A DNA stretch of 64,000 nucleotides, taken from NCBI GenBank assembly GCA_018830005.1, contig JAHJTE010000001.1, positions 709,624-773,623 on the forward strand, written 5' to 3'. This stretch comes from Candidatus Omnitrophota bacterium (GTDB lineage Bacteria; Omnitrophota; Gorgyraeia; JAHJTE01). The translations under genes and the position numbers were made by a program. The notes beneath the pieces are model-generated. The model was given only the letters and a program-made list of their open reading frames with translations. It had not been told where the DNA came from and did no database searches. How positions within the stretch are numbered: the stretch's first letter is position 1; each line of letters starts with the position of its first letter. Shown piece by piece: positions 36,875-45,564 of this stretch.

Positions 36875-38729
36875 AAAATTAGCAATTTCTATAAGTATTT
36901 TCTTTTTCTTATTTTTGATATTACAAAATACTTCAGGTCCTGAGTCATTAGTTATCGCAGAGGAATTAGAGCTGGAGGATTTATCGCAACTCTTTGAGGA
37001 AGAGATTGATGTAGAAATTTTTGGCCTTGAGGATGAGGTTTCTTCTGAGATTATGGCTGAAGAGCTTAATGAAGAGGAATTAAAGGCGGTAGAGGCTGAG
37101 TTTGAAGAGGCTGAAGAAATCTTTGGCCTAGGTCAAGAAGAGGAGGCCTTGGATATCCCAGAAGAGGTTGCAGCGGAAATTTTGGCAGAAGAGCTCCCTA
37201 TTGTTACAGAATCTGAGTTGTCGTCTGAATTAGACCAGCTTGAGCCGGCAGGAAAGAAGCTGGCCGAAGAGGTTACTGAGGTGCAAGAGGGGAAGACGCA
37301 AGAGGAGGAGTTACCGGTTACCAAGGTATCCCTTGATTTTAAAGAGGCAGATATTAGAAATGTGTTAAGAATCCTTTCTTATAAAAGTGGAGTTAATATT
37401 GTTGCAAGCCCTGAAGTAACCGGCTTAGTTACTATAAGACTTACTGATGTTCCTTGGGATAAGGCATTAGATGTGGTGCTTGATACTTATGGTTTCGGAC
37501 ATGAACGCAAGGAAAACATTATTACGGTTTATCCTATGGAAATGCTTACTGCAAGAAAAAGCCAAGAGCAGGCGTTAGCGGCAGTTCAGCCTACAGTAAC
37601 TAAAGTTATAAAACTAAAGTTTATTGATGCTACTGATATGAAGAAGGCGCTTGATCCACAGCTATCTCCGCGCGGCAGGGTTACTGTTTTGGAGGCAACC
37701 GGTCAAGCTGGATGGGAATTTGGCGGCTCAGAGTTAGGTAAAAGAGCGCGCATAGGTGAAAAAACGAGCAGATCGAAAATGCTCATTATCTCTGATATCC
37801 CTCCGGTATTAGAAAGGCTAGAGGAGGTTATTGCTGAATTAGATGTGCGGCCAGAGCAGGTGTTAATTGAAGTGAGACTTTTGGAAGTAAATCGCGATAA
37901 ATTATCTGACTTAGGTATGGAGTGGGGTACAGGCTCTGATGGTACAGGCTTTATCGAGACAAGCGGTAAGGGTTTAGACGGAAGCTCAGAGACTCAACTT
38001 AGCGTCCAAGGCGAAACGCTTCAAGTATCGCCTTCGACGTTTTCTTCTAAGTCTGGTTTTTCTGGAATTACACCGTTTAATGCTGGCCTTACTGCTACAT
38101 TCCAAAAGATTACCGGCAGTCAGTTTCAGGCTATATTACATGCTGTAGCAGAGGACGTAGAAGTAAATACACTTTCAGCACCACGCATCTTGACATTGAG
38201 TGATCAGGAGGCGACTATCCTAATAGGAAGCAAATATCCTATTCTTACCTCTGATGTAAGTACAGAGGCAGGGGCGACAGTTACCACAACACTTGATTAC
38301 TATGAGGATATCGGAATCCAGCTTAATGTTGTGCCTCAGGTTAATGACGATGGCTATATTAATCTAATCGTACATCCTGCGGTAACTTCTATTTCAAGCT
38401 ACATAGGGGACAATTCCTATCCTGTAATAATAACCCGTGAGGCAGAGACACAGCTTTTGATTAAAGATGGCGAGACAATAGTCATTGGTGGACTGCTTAA
38501 GGATGTAAAGGGAGAGTCAGAAATTGGCATTCCATTTTTAAGTAAGATCCCTATTCTAGGTTTTTTATTTAGGCGCACGGTAGTAGATATAGAAAAGATC
38601 GATCTTTTAATATTTATAACTGCAAGAGTAGTTAAATCCGAAGGGGACCTGATAACGTTTAAACAAAGCGTAGAAACTCCGGTCAGAAATTTAATACCAG
38701 CAGAGCCCGTAATTAAAGAAGAAGAGTAA
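36858..38729 (+). CDS. pilQ: type IV pilus secretin PilQ with an acidic Glu-rich N-terminal extension
   Basis: GTG start after an AAGGAGGG RBS. AMIN/N0-N1-like domains and a C-terminal secretin signature (IVIGGLLKD...EIGIPFLSKIPILGFLF). Confidence 0.9.
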   Translation: MQVKIKKLAISISIFFFLFLILQNTSGPESLVIAEELELEDLSQLFEEEIDVEIFGLEDEVSSEIMAEELNEEELKAVEAEFEEAEEIFGLGQEEEALDIPEEVAAEILAEELPIVTESELSSELDQLEPAGKKLAEEVTEVQEGKTQEEELPVTKVSLDFKEADIRNVLRILSYKSGVNIVASPEVTGLVTIRLTDVPWDKALDVVLDTYGFGHERKENIITVYPMEMLTARKSQEQALAAVQPTVTKVIKLKFIDATDMKKALDPQLSPRGRVTVLEATGQAGWEFGGSELGKRARIGEKTSRSKMLIISDIPPVLERLEEVIAELDVRPEQVLIEVRLLEVNRDKLSDLGMEWGTGSDGTGFIETSGKGLDGSSETQLSVQGETLQVSPSTFSSKSGFSGITPFNAGLTATFQKITGSQFQAILHAVAEDVEVNTLSAPRILTLSDQEATILIGSKYPILTSDVSTEAGATVTTTLDYYEDIGIQLNVVPQVNDDGYINLIVHPAVTSISSYIGDNSYPVIITREAETQLLIKDGETIVIGGLLKDVKGESEIGIPFLSKIPILGFLFRRTVVDIEKIDLLIFITARVVKSEGDLITFKQSVETPVRNLIPAEPVIKEEE

Positions 38730-38763
38730 AACTGTTTAAAATATTTTACAAATTGCTTTAATT

Positions 38764-38801
38764 AACCCTTGGCAGATTTGTTTGTCAGGGGTTATTTTCT
38801 T
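38764..38801 (+). terminator. possible intrinsic terminator after pilQ
   Basis: CCCTTGGCAGA-tttg-TTTGTCAGGGG hairpin (11 bp with 3 G·U pairs), then TTATTTTCTT. Confidence 0.35.
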
Positions 38802-38823
38802 AAGGCACAATTGGCGAAGTCAA

Positions 38824-39132
38824 TTGAAAGCGAAGGTTATTATCGAAATAAAATTTTCAAAGTGCGGCCTAATGCGTTACATATCTCATTTGGATTTGTT
38901 GCGGTTATTTAGGCGTGCAGCAAGCAGGGCAAAGATTGCCCTAGAGTTAACACGCGGCTTTAATCCGCATCCAAAAATAAGTATAAATAGGGCATTGAAA
39001 TTAGGCGAAGAATCCGATGCGCTTTTTTGTCAATTTGGACTAGAAGCAAAAATGGATACACAGGAGTTTGCAAGCCGTTTGCAGCAGGAGTTACCCGAAG
39101 GGATAAGCATAAAGCAAGCCAAACTAATATGA
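38824..39132 (+). CDS. TIGR03936/DUF2344-like 'radical-SAM-linked' protein, short form
   Basis: IEIKFSKCGLMRYISHLDLLRLFRRAASRA...GFNPHPKIS matches the family N-terminus. The start is proposed at the in-frame TTG at 38824 (the track start at 38782 is also a TTG). The stop overlaps the rng ATG (ATGA). Confidence 0.5.
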   Translation: MKAKVIIEIKFSKCGLMRYISHLDLLRLFRRAASRAKIALELTRGFNPHPKISINRALKLGEESDALFCQFGLEAKMDTQEFASRLQQELPEGISIKQAKLI

Positions 39133-40625
39133 CTAAATTTATTTTAATTAATTCTGGAACGCAAGAGAATCGCGTTGCTATGCTTAAGGATGGAAAACTG
39201 GAAGAATTTTTCATAGAGAGAGTCAATAAGCGAACTATTGTCGGTAATATTTATAAAGCCAGAATTGATTCAATAGCAACATCTTTAAACGCTGCCTTTG
39301 TCGATATCGGATTAGGAAAGAAGGGTTTTCTTTATTTATCCCAGCCTGCTTTTGGTCCTGAATTCAATGATGATGATGTTGATAATTTAACTCTTGCAGC
39401 TTCCCCCCAGGTTAAAAAAAACGGGCGTTTAAATGTAGGTCAGGAGATTCTTGTCCAGGTAGTAAAAGAGCAATTTGGCACCAAGGGGCCGCGGCTGACA
39501 ACCAAAATATCATTGCCCGGCAGATACTTGGTAGTAATACCATATAGCAATAATATCGGTATTTCCCGGCGTATTGACGAGGATGCTGAGAGAAAGCGCT
39601 TAAAGGATCTTATGCATTCGATGCGGCTTCCTTCTGATTTTGGATTTGTTATTCGCACAGTAAGCGTAGGCACAGACAAGAGGCAGTTGCATCGAGATGT
39701 AAAGTTTTTAATTAAACTCTGGCATAGAATCGCGCAGATCTCTCATCGTAGTAAAACGCCAGCATTAATTCATGAAGAATTCAATCTAATAATGCGCATT
39801 GTACGTGATTCATTTACTGAAGATGTTACGAATATATTCATAGATTCTAAGAGAGATTTTCATGCTATTAGAAGATTTGTCCGTATCTATTCTCCTAGTC
39901 TATTGCGTAAGGTTCTGTTTTACCGAGGCAAGGAACCATTATTTGAGAAGTTTAAAATAGAAGAAAAGATCGATGAGATTTATGAGCGCAAAGTAAATTT
40001 GAAATCAGGTGGTTATCTATATATTGAACCCACAGAAGGTCTAGTGGCTGTTGATGTTAATAGCGGAAGATTCAAAGGCCCTACTGCTGCAAGGGGTGTT
40101 AAGGCCCAGGAAGAGATGGCATTTAAGGTCAATATGGAAGCCGCAGATGAGATTGCCAGACAATTGAGACTGAGGGATTTGGGTGGGCTTATTGTAATTG
40201 ATTTTATTGATATGATAAAGGATGTTCACCGCAAGCGAGTATTTACCCACTTTAAGCAATTACTCAAACATGATAGGGCAAAGACAGATGTAATCAGAAT
40301 ATCTGAGTTTGGAATTCTGGAGATGACACGTCAGAAGCAGCGTTTAAGCGCTGAGAAGGTGTCTTTTCAAATCTGTCCTTATTGTGAGGGTAGGGGTAGA
40401 GTTAGAACAGTGGCCACAGTTGCTATCGCAGTTTTACGCATGCTTAATAAAGTCTTAAAAGAGCAAAAAAAGGGAAAACTATTAATTAGTTTACATCCAG
40501 ATGTCGTTGAATTCTTAAATCTGCAATATAAAGATACCTTAAAGGATTTACAGCAAAGATTCAAATCTTCCTTAATTCTTAATCCTAGTCCACATCTGCA
40601 CTTAGAGAAAATCATTATAGAATAA
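39129..40625 (+). CDS. rng: ribonuclease G/E-family endoribonuclease
   Basis: The start is taken at MTKFILIN. S1 domain and the RNase E/G catalytic core (VAVDVNSGRF, DLGGLIVIDFIDM). Confidence 0.9.
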   Translation: MTKFILINSGTQENRVAMLKDGKLEEFFIERVNKRTIVGNIYKARIDSIATSLNAAFVDIGLGKKGFLYLSQPAFGPEFNDDDVDNLTLAASPQVKKNGRLNVGQEILVQVVKEQFGTKGPRLTTKISLPGRYLVVIPYSNNIGISRRIDEDAERKRLKDLMHSMRLPSDFGFVIRTVSVGTDKRQLHRDVKFLIKLWHRIAQISHRSKTPALIHEEFNLIMRIVRDSFTEDVTNIFIDSKRDFHAIRRFVRIYSPSLLRKVLFYRGKEPLFEKFKIEEKIDEIYERKVNLKSGGYLYIEPTEGLVAVDVNSGRFKGPTAARGVKAQEEMAFKVNMEAADEIARQLRLRDLGGLIVIDFIDMIKDVHRKRVFTHFKQLLKHDRAKTDVIRISEFGILEMTRQKQRLSAEKVSFQICPYCEGRGRVRTVATVAIAVLRMLNKVLKEQKKGKLLISLHPDVVEFLNLQYKDTLKDLQQRFKSSLILNPSPHLHLEKIIIE

Positions 40626-40658
40626 GATCAGGCCTTGGTTTAAGTGGCTTGATTTTAC

Positions 40659-40687
40659 TTGATAGTTTTAACTACTTATGTTAACAT
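40659..40687 (+). promoter_or_regulatory. candidate promoter TTGATA-N17-TAACAT for rplU-obg, followed by a 5' leader hairpin GGGTCT...AGACCC (40689-40706)
   Basis: Read directly. Confidence 0.35.
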
Positions 40688-40735
40688 AGGGTCTCAAATA
40701 AGACCCAGACTTGTTGAAACTAAAGGAGATAAAAT

Positions 40736-41056
40736 ATGTATGCCATAATCAAGAGCGGTTCAAAACAATACCGCGTAGAAAAGAATTCCGAGATAGATGT
40801 CGAGAAGATATCATTGCGTCCTCGCGCCAAGACAATAACCCTGGATGAGGTGTTGTTGTTATCTGCTGCAAAAGAGATAAGCGTTGGCAGGCCATATCTT
40901 AAAAATGTAAGTATTAAGGCTGAGGTTATAGCGCCGATTATCAAGGCAGATAAAGTGATTGCTTTTAAATTTCGCAGGAGGAAAGATTCGCATTGGAAGA
41001 AGGGACATCGTCAGAAACTAACCCGCCTTAAAATAAAAGAGATCACAGTCAGTTAA
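40736..41056 (+). CDS. rplU: 50S ribosomal protein L21
   Basis: MYAIIKSGSKQYRV... is near-universal L21. Confidence 0.95.
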   Translation: MYAIIKSGSKQYRVEKNSEIDVEKISLRPRAKTITLDEVLLLSAAKEISVGRPYLKNVSIKAEVIAPIIKADKVIAFKFRRRKDSHWKKGHRQKLTRLKIKEITVS

Positions 41057-41082
41057 TAATCTGTGCAATCTATTTAAAAGAG

Positions 41083-42039
41083 ATGTTCATTGATACTGCC
41101 AGGATTAAGCTTAAGGCTGGAGACGGCGGCAATGGCTGTCGGAGTTCTAGGCGTAGAAAAAATAGGAGGTTTTCTATACCTGATGGCGGAAGCGGCGGCA
41201 AGGGAGCGGATATAAAGTTTTGCGTGGATTCTAAGGTTCAGACGCTTCTGGATTTTCGTTATCGTCAGCATTTTCGCGCGAAAAACGGTACTCAGGGCGG
41301 TTCGAATTGTAAGAAAGGAAAAGATGCGCCTGAGTTGATAATCAAGGTTCCTCCTGGTACTATTATTCGCGATGCAGAATTAGGATTGCTCTTGCGGGAT
41401 TTAACAGGTCCTGAAGAAGAGGTAATTGCGGTAAAGGGAGGCAGTGGCGGCCGCGGTAATAGTTCTAGACGTCACATGGCAGAAGAAGGAGCTAAAGGCG
41501 AAGAGAAAGAAGTAACTCTTGAGCTTAAGATTATTGCTGATGTAGCAATCGTCGGACTTCCCAACGCAGGAAAATCCAGTTTAATTACTTGCCTGTCCCA
41601 TGCTAGGCCAAAAATTGCTGCTTATCCGTTTACGACAAAATCACCTATCTTAGGAGTTTTCGAATCATCTGATTTTTCTTTTGTGCTTATTGATGTCCCC
41701 GGACTTATAGAAGGAGCCCATTTGGGTAAAGGCATGGGGGATACATTCTTGAGGCATATAGAAAGAACCAGATTATTATTGCAGGTTATTGATATATCTA
41801 ACCAAACGTCCTCTGATCCCTTATCAGATTATGAAATTATAAATGAGGAACTGAAGGCCTCTGGCAGGAATCTAGAGAAAAAGCCGCGGATTATCGTTGC
41901 TAATAAAATAGATTTAGAGGGTTGGCAGGATAATCTAAAGAGGTTAGAGGAGGGGTTAGGCACTCCCGTAATCGCGATTTCTTGTAAGGAAAAACAAGGT
42001 CTAAAGAGGTTGATTGATGAAATTAAGCGAAAATTATAG
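41083..42039 (+). CDS. obg: GTPase Obg/CgtA
   Basis: MFIDTARIKLKAGDGGNGC...GGSGGKGADI Obg fold, then G1 GLPNAGKSSL and G3 DVPGLIEGA. Confidence 0.95.
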   Translation: MFIDTARIKLKAGDGGNGCRSSRRRKNRRFSIPDGGSGGKGADIKFCVDSKVQTLLDFRYRQHFRAKNGTQGGSNCKKGKDAPELIIKVPPGTIIRDAELGLLLRDLTGPEEEVIAVKGGSGGRGNSSRRHMAEEGAKGEEKEVTLELKIIADVAIVGLPNAGKSSLITCLSHARPKIAAYPFTTKSPILGVFESSDFSFVLIDVPGLIEGAHLGKGMGDTFLRHIERTRLLLQVIDISNQTSSDPLSDYEIINEELKASGRNLEKKPRIIVANKIDLEGWQDNLKRLEEGLGTPVIAISCKEKQGLKRLIDEIKRKL

Positions 42040-43084
42040 ACGTTTGGTAATTAAAGTCGGAACGAGCATCCTCACAGATAGCGCGAATCATCTCGATATT
42101 GGTTTTATTAATAATATTGCTTATCAGGTTTCGGCTCTTGTAGGCGAAGGAAGAGAAGTCGTTGTTGTTTCAAGCGGCGCTATTGCATGTGGCTTGGATA
42201 ATTTAAGTTTAACAAAGAGGCCTACTAAATTGGACAAGCTTTCTGCCCTAGCCTCTTTAGGTCAAATCAGGCTGATGGAGGCATATCAGAATGCCTTTAG
42301 GAAATATCATAATAATTGTGCTCAGGTATTGCTTACTTGGGATGATTTTGATAAAAGGGCCCGATTCTTAAATGCAAAAAAAACGCTAAATCAATTATTC
42401 AAATATAAGTCTGTTGCGATTATCAATGAAAATGATTCAGTCTCTACAGAGGAGATAAAATTCGGAGATAATGACAGATTGTCAGCTTTAGTTGCTACTC
42501 TTATCTCCAGCGATATCCTTATAATCCTTTCAGATGTTGATGGGCTTTTTGACAGAAAGAACAACAGGTTAATCAACCTTGTTGAGAAAATCGATAATGA
42601 GATTATGCGTCTAGCCTGCGGTAGTAAGAAGTTTAGCTGCGTGGGAGGAATGCACACAAAACTTGAGGCTGTAAAGATCGCAAATAATGCTGGCATACCC
42701 TGCATCTTAGCTAACGGAAAAACCAAGGATATCCTGATTGATATTGCTAAAGGTGAAAGCCCGGGTACATTTTTTTGTGCAGGTACTAGGCCGAAAGATA
42801 AGAAAAACTGGATTGCAACTAGTGCAAAGTGCAAGGGTGCGATTGTGGTTGATGCAGGAGCCAAGGCAGCAATTATTGCCAGGAAAAAGAGCCTCTTGAG
42901 TGTAGGTATCATAGAGGCGCAGGGTGAATTTAAAGAGAATGATGTTGTGTTTATCGCTGATATGGCCGGCTCTAAATTTGCCAAGGGTATAACAAGATTT
43001 TCAGCCCAAAAGATTAACCAGATAAAAGGCAAAAAAGGCCAGCCGGAAGTAGTGCATCGCGATTGCCTTATTGTTATTGAGTAG
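42014..43084 (+). CDS. proB: glutamate 5-kinase with a PUA domain
   Basis: LVIKVGTSILTD and VVSSGAIACG motifs. C-terminal PUA. Confidence 0.9.
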   Translation: MMKLSENYRRLVIKVGTSILTDSANHLDIGFINNIAYQVSALVGEGREVVVVSSGAIACGLDNLSLTKRPTKLDKLSALASLGQIRLMEAYQNAFRKYHNNCAQVLLTWDDFDKRARFLNAKKTLNQLFKYKSVAIINENDSVSTEEIKFGDNDRLSALVATLISSDILIILSDVDGLFDRKNNRLINLVEKIDNEIMRLACGSKKFSCVGGMHTKLEAVKIANNAGIPCILANGKTKDILIDIAKGESPGTFFCAGTRPKDKKNWIATSAKCKGAIVVDAGAKAAIIARKKSLLSVGIIEAQGEFKENDVVFIADMAGSKFAKGITRFSAQKINQIKGKKGQPEVVHRDCLIVIE

Positions 43085-43090
43085 GTAATT

Positions 43091-44353
43091 ATGAAAGACA
43101 GTCTAAAAGGGCAAATACTAGAAATCGCTAAATCTGCCAAGCAGGCCTCTTTTGAGTTAGCGCTTAGCTCAAAACAAGAGAGGAGAGATTGTATTCTCAC
43201 AATGGCCGATGCCTTACTTGAAAATAAGGCAATAATCCTTAATGAGAATAAAAAAGACATCGAGAAGGCAGGTCAGGACACAAAGACTGAAGCGTTTATT
43301 GACAGATTGACGCTGAATGAAGAGCGATTGAAAAAGATGTCTGAATCACTAAAGAGCATTGCAGGTCTCAATGATTCAATGGGAGAGGTGATCAAGGCTC
43401 ATAAGGTAGCTTCTGGCCTGGAAATCAAAAAGGTTAGAGTTCCAATCGGCGTTGTTAGTATAATCTATGAATCGCGGCCGGATGTTACTAGCGACTGTTT
43501 AGGTCTTTGTTTAAAAAGCGCTAATGCACTTATTTTAAGAGGAGGCAGTGCAGCAATTAATTCAAATATAGCAATCTTTAACATACTAAAAGATGTTATT
43601 AAAAAGTGCGGCCTTGCTCATGACGGATATCAATTAGTTAAAAATACCGATAGAAAATCAATCGATATCTTACTAAAAATGAATAATTATATTGATTTAG
43701 TCATACCCAGAGGCGGAGAAGCGCTTATAAATGAAGTTACTAAAAAATCAACGATTCCGGTGATAAAGCATTATAAAGGAATTTGCACTGTCTATGTAGA
43801 TGTGGCTGCTAATTTAGATATGGCCTATAAGATTTGTCTTAATGCAAAGGTAGAGCGGCCGGGCGTATGCAATGCAATGGAGACATTACTTGTTCATAAA
43901 AAGATTGCCGCAATATTTTTGCCGAAGATGCTTGAACTCTTTTTTCAAGAGAAGGTAGAGGTAAGAGGCACAGCCAGCGTTAGAAAATTCAACTCGAAAG
44001 TTATAAAGGCAAAAAGGGGTGATTTTCAGACTGAATTTCTTGATTTGATTTTAGCTGTACGTATAGTTGATGGCTTGGATGAGGCGATTGAGCACATAAA
44101 TACCTTTGGTTCGCATCATTCTGATAGCATTGTTACTGAGGATCAGATTGCAGCAAGAAAGTTTTTGCAGCAAGTTGACTCTGCCTGCGTATTTTTAAAT
44201 ACCTCAACCCGCTTTAGTGATGGTTATCAATTCGGTATGGGCGCAGAGATGGGGATTTCAACGGATAAGATTCATGCACGCGGTCCAATGGCAGTTGAGG
44301 AGTTGACCACCTATAAATATCAGATTATAGGAAACGGCCAGATTAGAGAATAA
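43091..44353 (+). CDS. proA: gamma-glutamyl phosphate reductase
   Basis: Aldehyde dehydrogenase fold, VIPRGGEALI and CNAMETLLVHK motifs. Confidence 0.9.
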   Translation: MKDSLKGQILEIAKSAKQASFELALSSKQERRDCILTMADALLENKAIILNENKKDIEKAGQDTKTEAFIDRLTLNEERLKKMSESLKSIAGLNDSMGEVIKAHKVASGLEIKKVRVPIGVVSIIYESRPDVTSDCLGLCLKSANALILRGGSAAINSNIAIFNILKDVIKKCGLAHDGYQLVKNTDRKSIDILLKMNNYIDLVIPRGGEALINEVTKKSTIPVIKHYKGICTVYVDVAANLDMAYKICLNAKVERPGVCNAMETLLVHKKIAAIFLPKMLELFFQEKVEVRGTASVRKFNSKVIKAKRGDFQTEFLDLILAVRIVDGLDEAIEHINTFGSHHSDSIVTEDQIAARKFLQQVDSACVFLNTSTRFSDGYQFGMGAEMGISTDKIHARGPMAVEELTTYKYQIIGNGQIRE

Positions 44354-44925
44354 TGAGAATAGGAATATTAGGCGGAACATTTAACCCTGTTCATATTGGT
44401 CATTTGATTCTAGCTGAATATGCACGCCAGGCCCTGAGATTAGATAAGCTTTTTTTCGTGCCAGCAAATATATCTCCTCTTAAGTCAAGGTCTCAAGCTG
44501 TCTCTAGCTATCATAGATTAGAGATGCTGAAACTTGCGATAAGAGGATGCAGGGATTTTGCGATTTCAGATATGGAGATAAAAAGAGGCGGTAAATCTTA
44601 TACGCTTGAAACATTGTATGCATTCCTTAAAGAATTCAATAATAAAAAAGATAAAATTTTTTTTATAAGCGGTTCTGATTCTTTGGGCCAGCTTAATAGA
44701 TGGAAGGATTTTAAGCAGATATTAAAAATTGCTAAATTCGTGGTGGCCGAAAGACCGGGATTTTCTCCATGTAGGCCTTCAGGCCATATTAAGACTATTC
44801 AGATACCGCAGATTGATATTTCTTCCTCTCTGATCAGAGCGCGTTTAAGAGCAGGTAAGTCAGTTCAGTATCTGGTTCCTGATAGAGTAGCTGCCTATAT
44901 TAAAAAGGGGAGACTTTTTAGATAA
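44353..44925 (+). CDS. nadD: nicotinate-nucleotide adenylyltransferase
   Basis: GILGGTFNPVHIGH (HxGH) and ISSSLIR motifs. Confidence 0.85.
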   Translation: MRIGILGGTFNPVHIGHLILAEYARQALRLDKLFFVPANISPLKSRSQAVSSYHRLEMLKLAIRGCRDFAISDMEIKRGGKSYTLETLYAFLKEFNNKKDKIFFISGSDSLGQLNRWKDFKQILKIAKFVVAERPGFSPCRPSGHIKTIQIPQIDISSSLIRARLRAGKSVQYLVPDRVAAYIKKGRLFR

Positions 44926-45564
44926 ATGAAAATTCTAGTTGCACCATCAATTCTAGCAGGTGATTTTGGTCGTCTGAATGAAGAAATTAAAAGAATAGAG
45001 AAGGCAGGCGCAGATTTAATACACATAGACGTAATGGATGGACATTTTGTTCCCAATATTACTATAGGCCCGAGGCAGGTGTCAGCTATTAAAAAGAGTA
45101 CTCGCCTACCGCTGGATGTGCATTTAATGATAGAAGAGCCTTTTAAGCTTTTGGATGATTTCGTCAACGCTGGTTCGGATATAATTACTGTTCACATTGA
45201 AAACGTCTCTTTAAAGACATTAAAGGCAAGGTTTAAAGAGCTAAGGGCAAAAAATGTAAGATTAGGAGTTGCACTTAAGCCCAAGACAAGTATTAAGGCA
45301 ATCGCATCTTGCATTGACTATCTTGATTTCATCCTTCTCATGAGCGTTAATCCTGGTTTTTGCGGTCAGAAATTCATGCCTCTAGTTTATCCTAAGATAG
45401 AAAATCTAAGAAAGGTATACAATCTTGATATTGAGGTTGATGGCGGCGTAAATAATGAAAATGCACCGCGATTAATCTCTTGCGGAGCAAATGTGTTAGT
45501 TGCCGGAAATTATATATTCAAGTCAAAGGATATTTCCCAGGCAGTGAGGAGTCTTAGGGCATGA
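44926..45564 (+). CDS. rpe: ribulose-phosphate 3-epimerase
   Basis: APSILAGDFGRL, HIDVMDGHFVPN, MSVNPGFCGQKF. Confidence 0.9.
   Translation: MKILVAPSILAGDFGRLNEEIKRIEKAGADLIHIDVMDGHFVPNITIGPRQVSAIKKSTRLPLDVHLMIEEPFKLLDDFVNAGSDIITVHIENVSLKTLKARFKELRAKNVRLGVALKPKTSIKAIASCIDYLDFILLMSVNPGFCGQKFMPLVYPKIENLRKVYNLDIEVDGGVNNENAPRLISCGANVLVAGNYIFKSKDISQAVRSLRA

Noticed and set aside
42391-43260. 289-aa minus-strand ORF
   Set aside because: It lies entirely antisense to proB and proA, which have unambiguous family motifs. Its composition is low-complexity Leu/Ser/Ile-rich, typical of an AT-rich antisense artefact.
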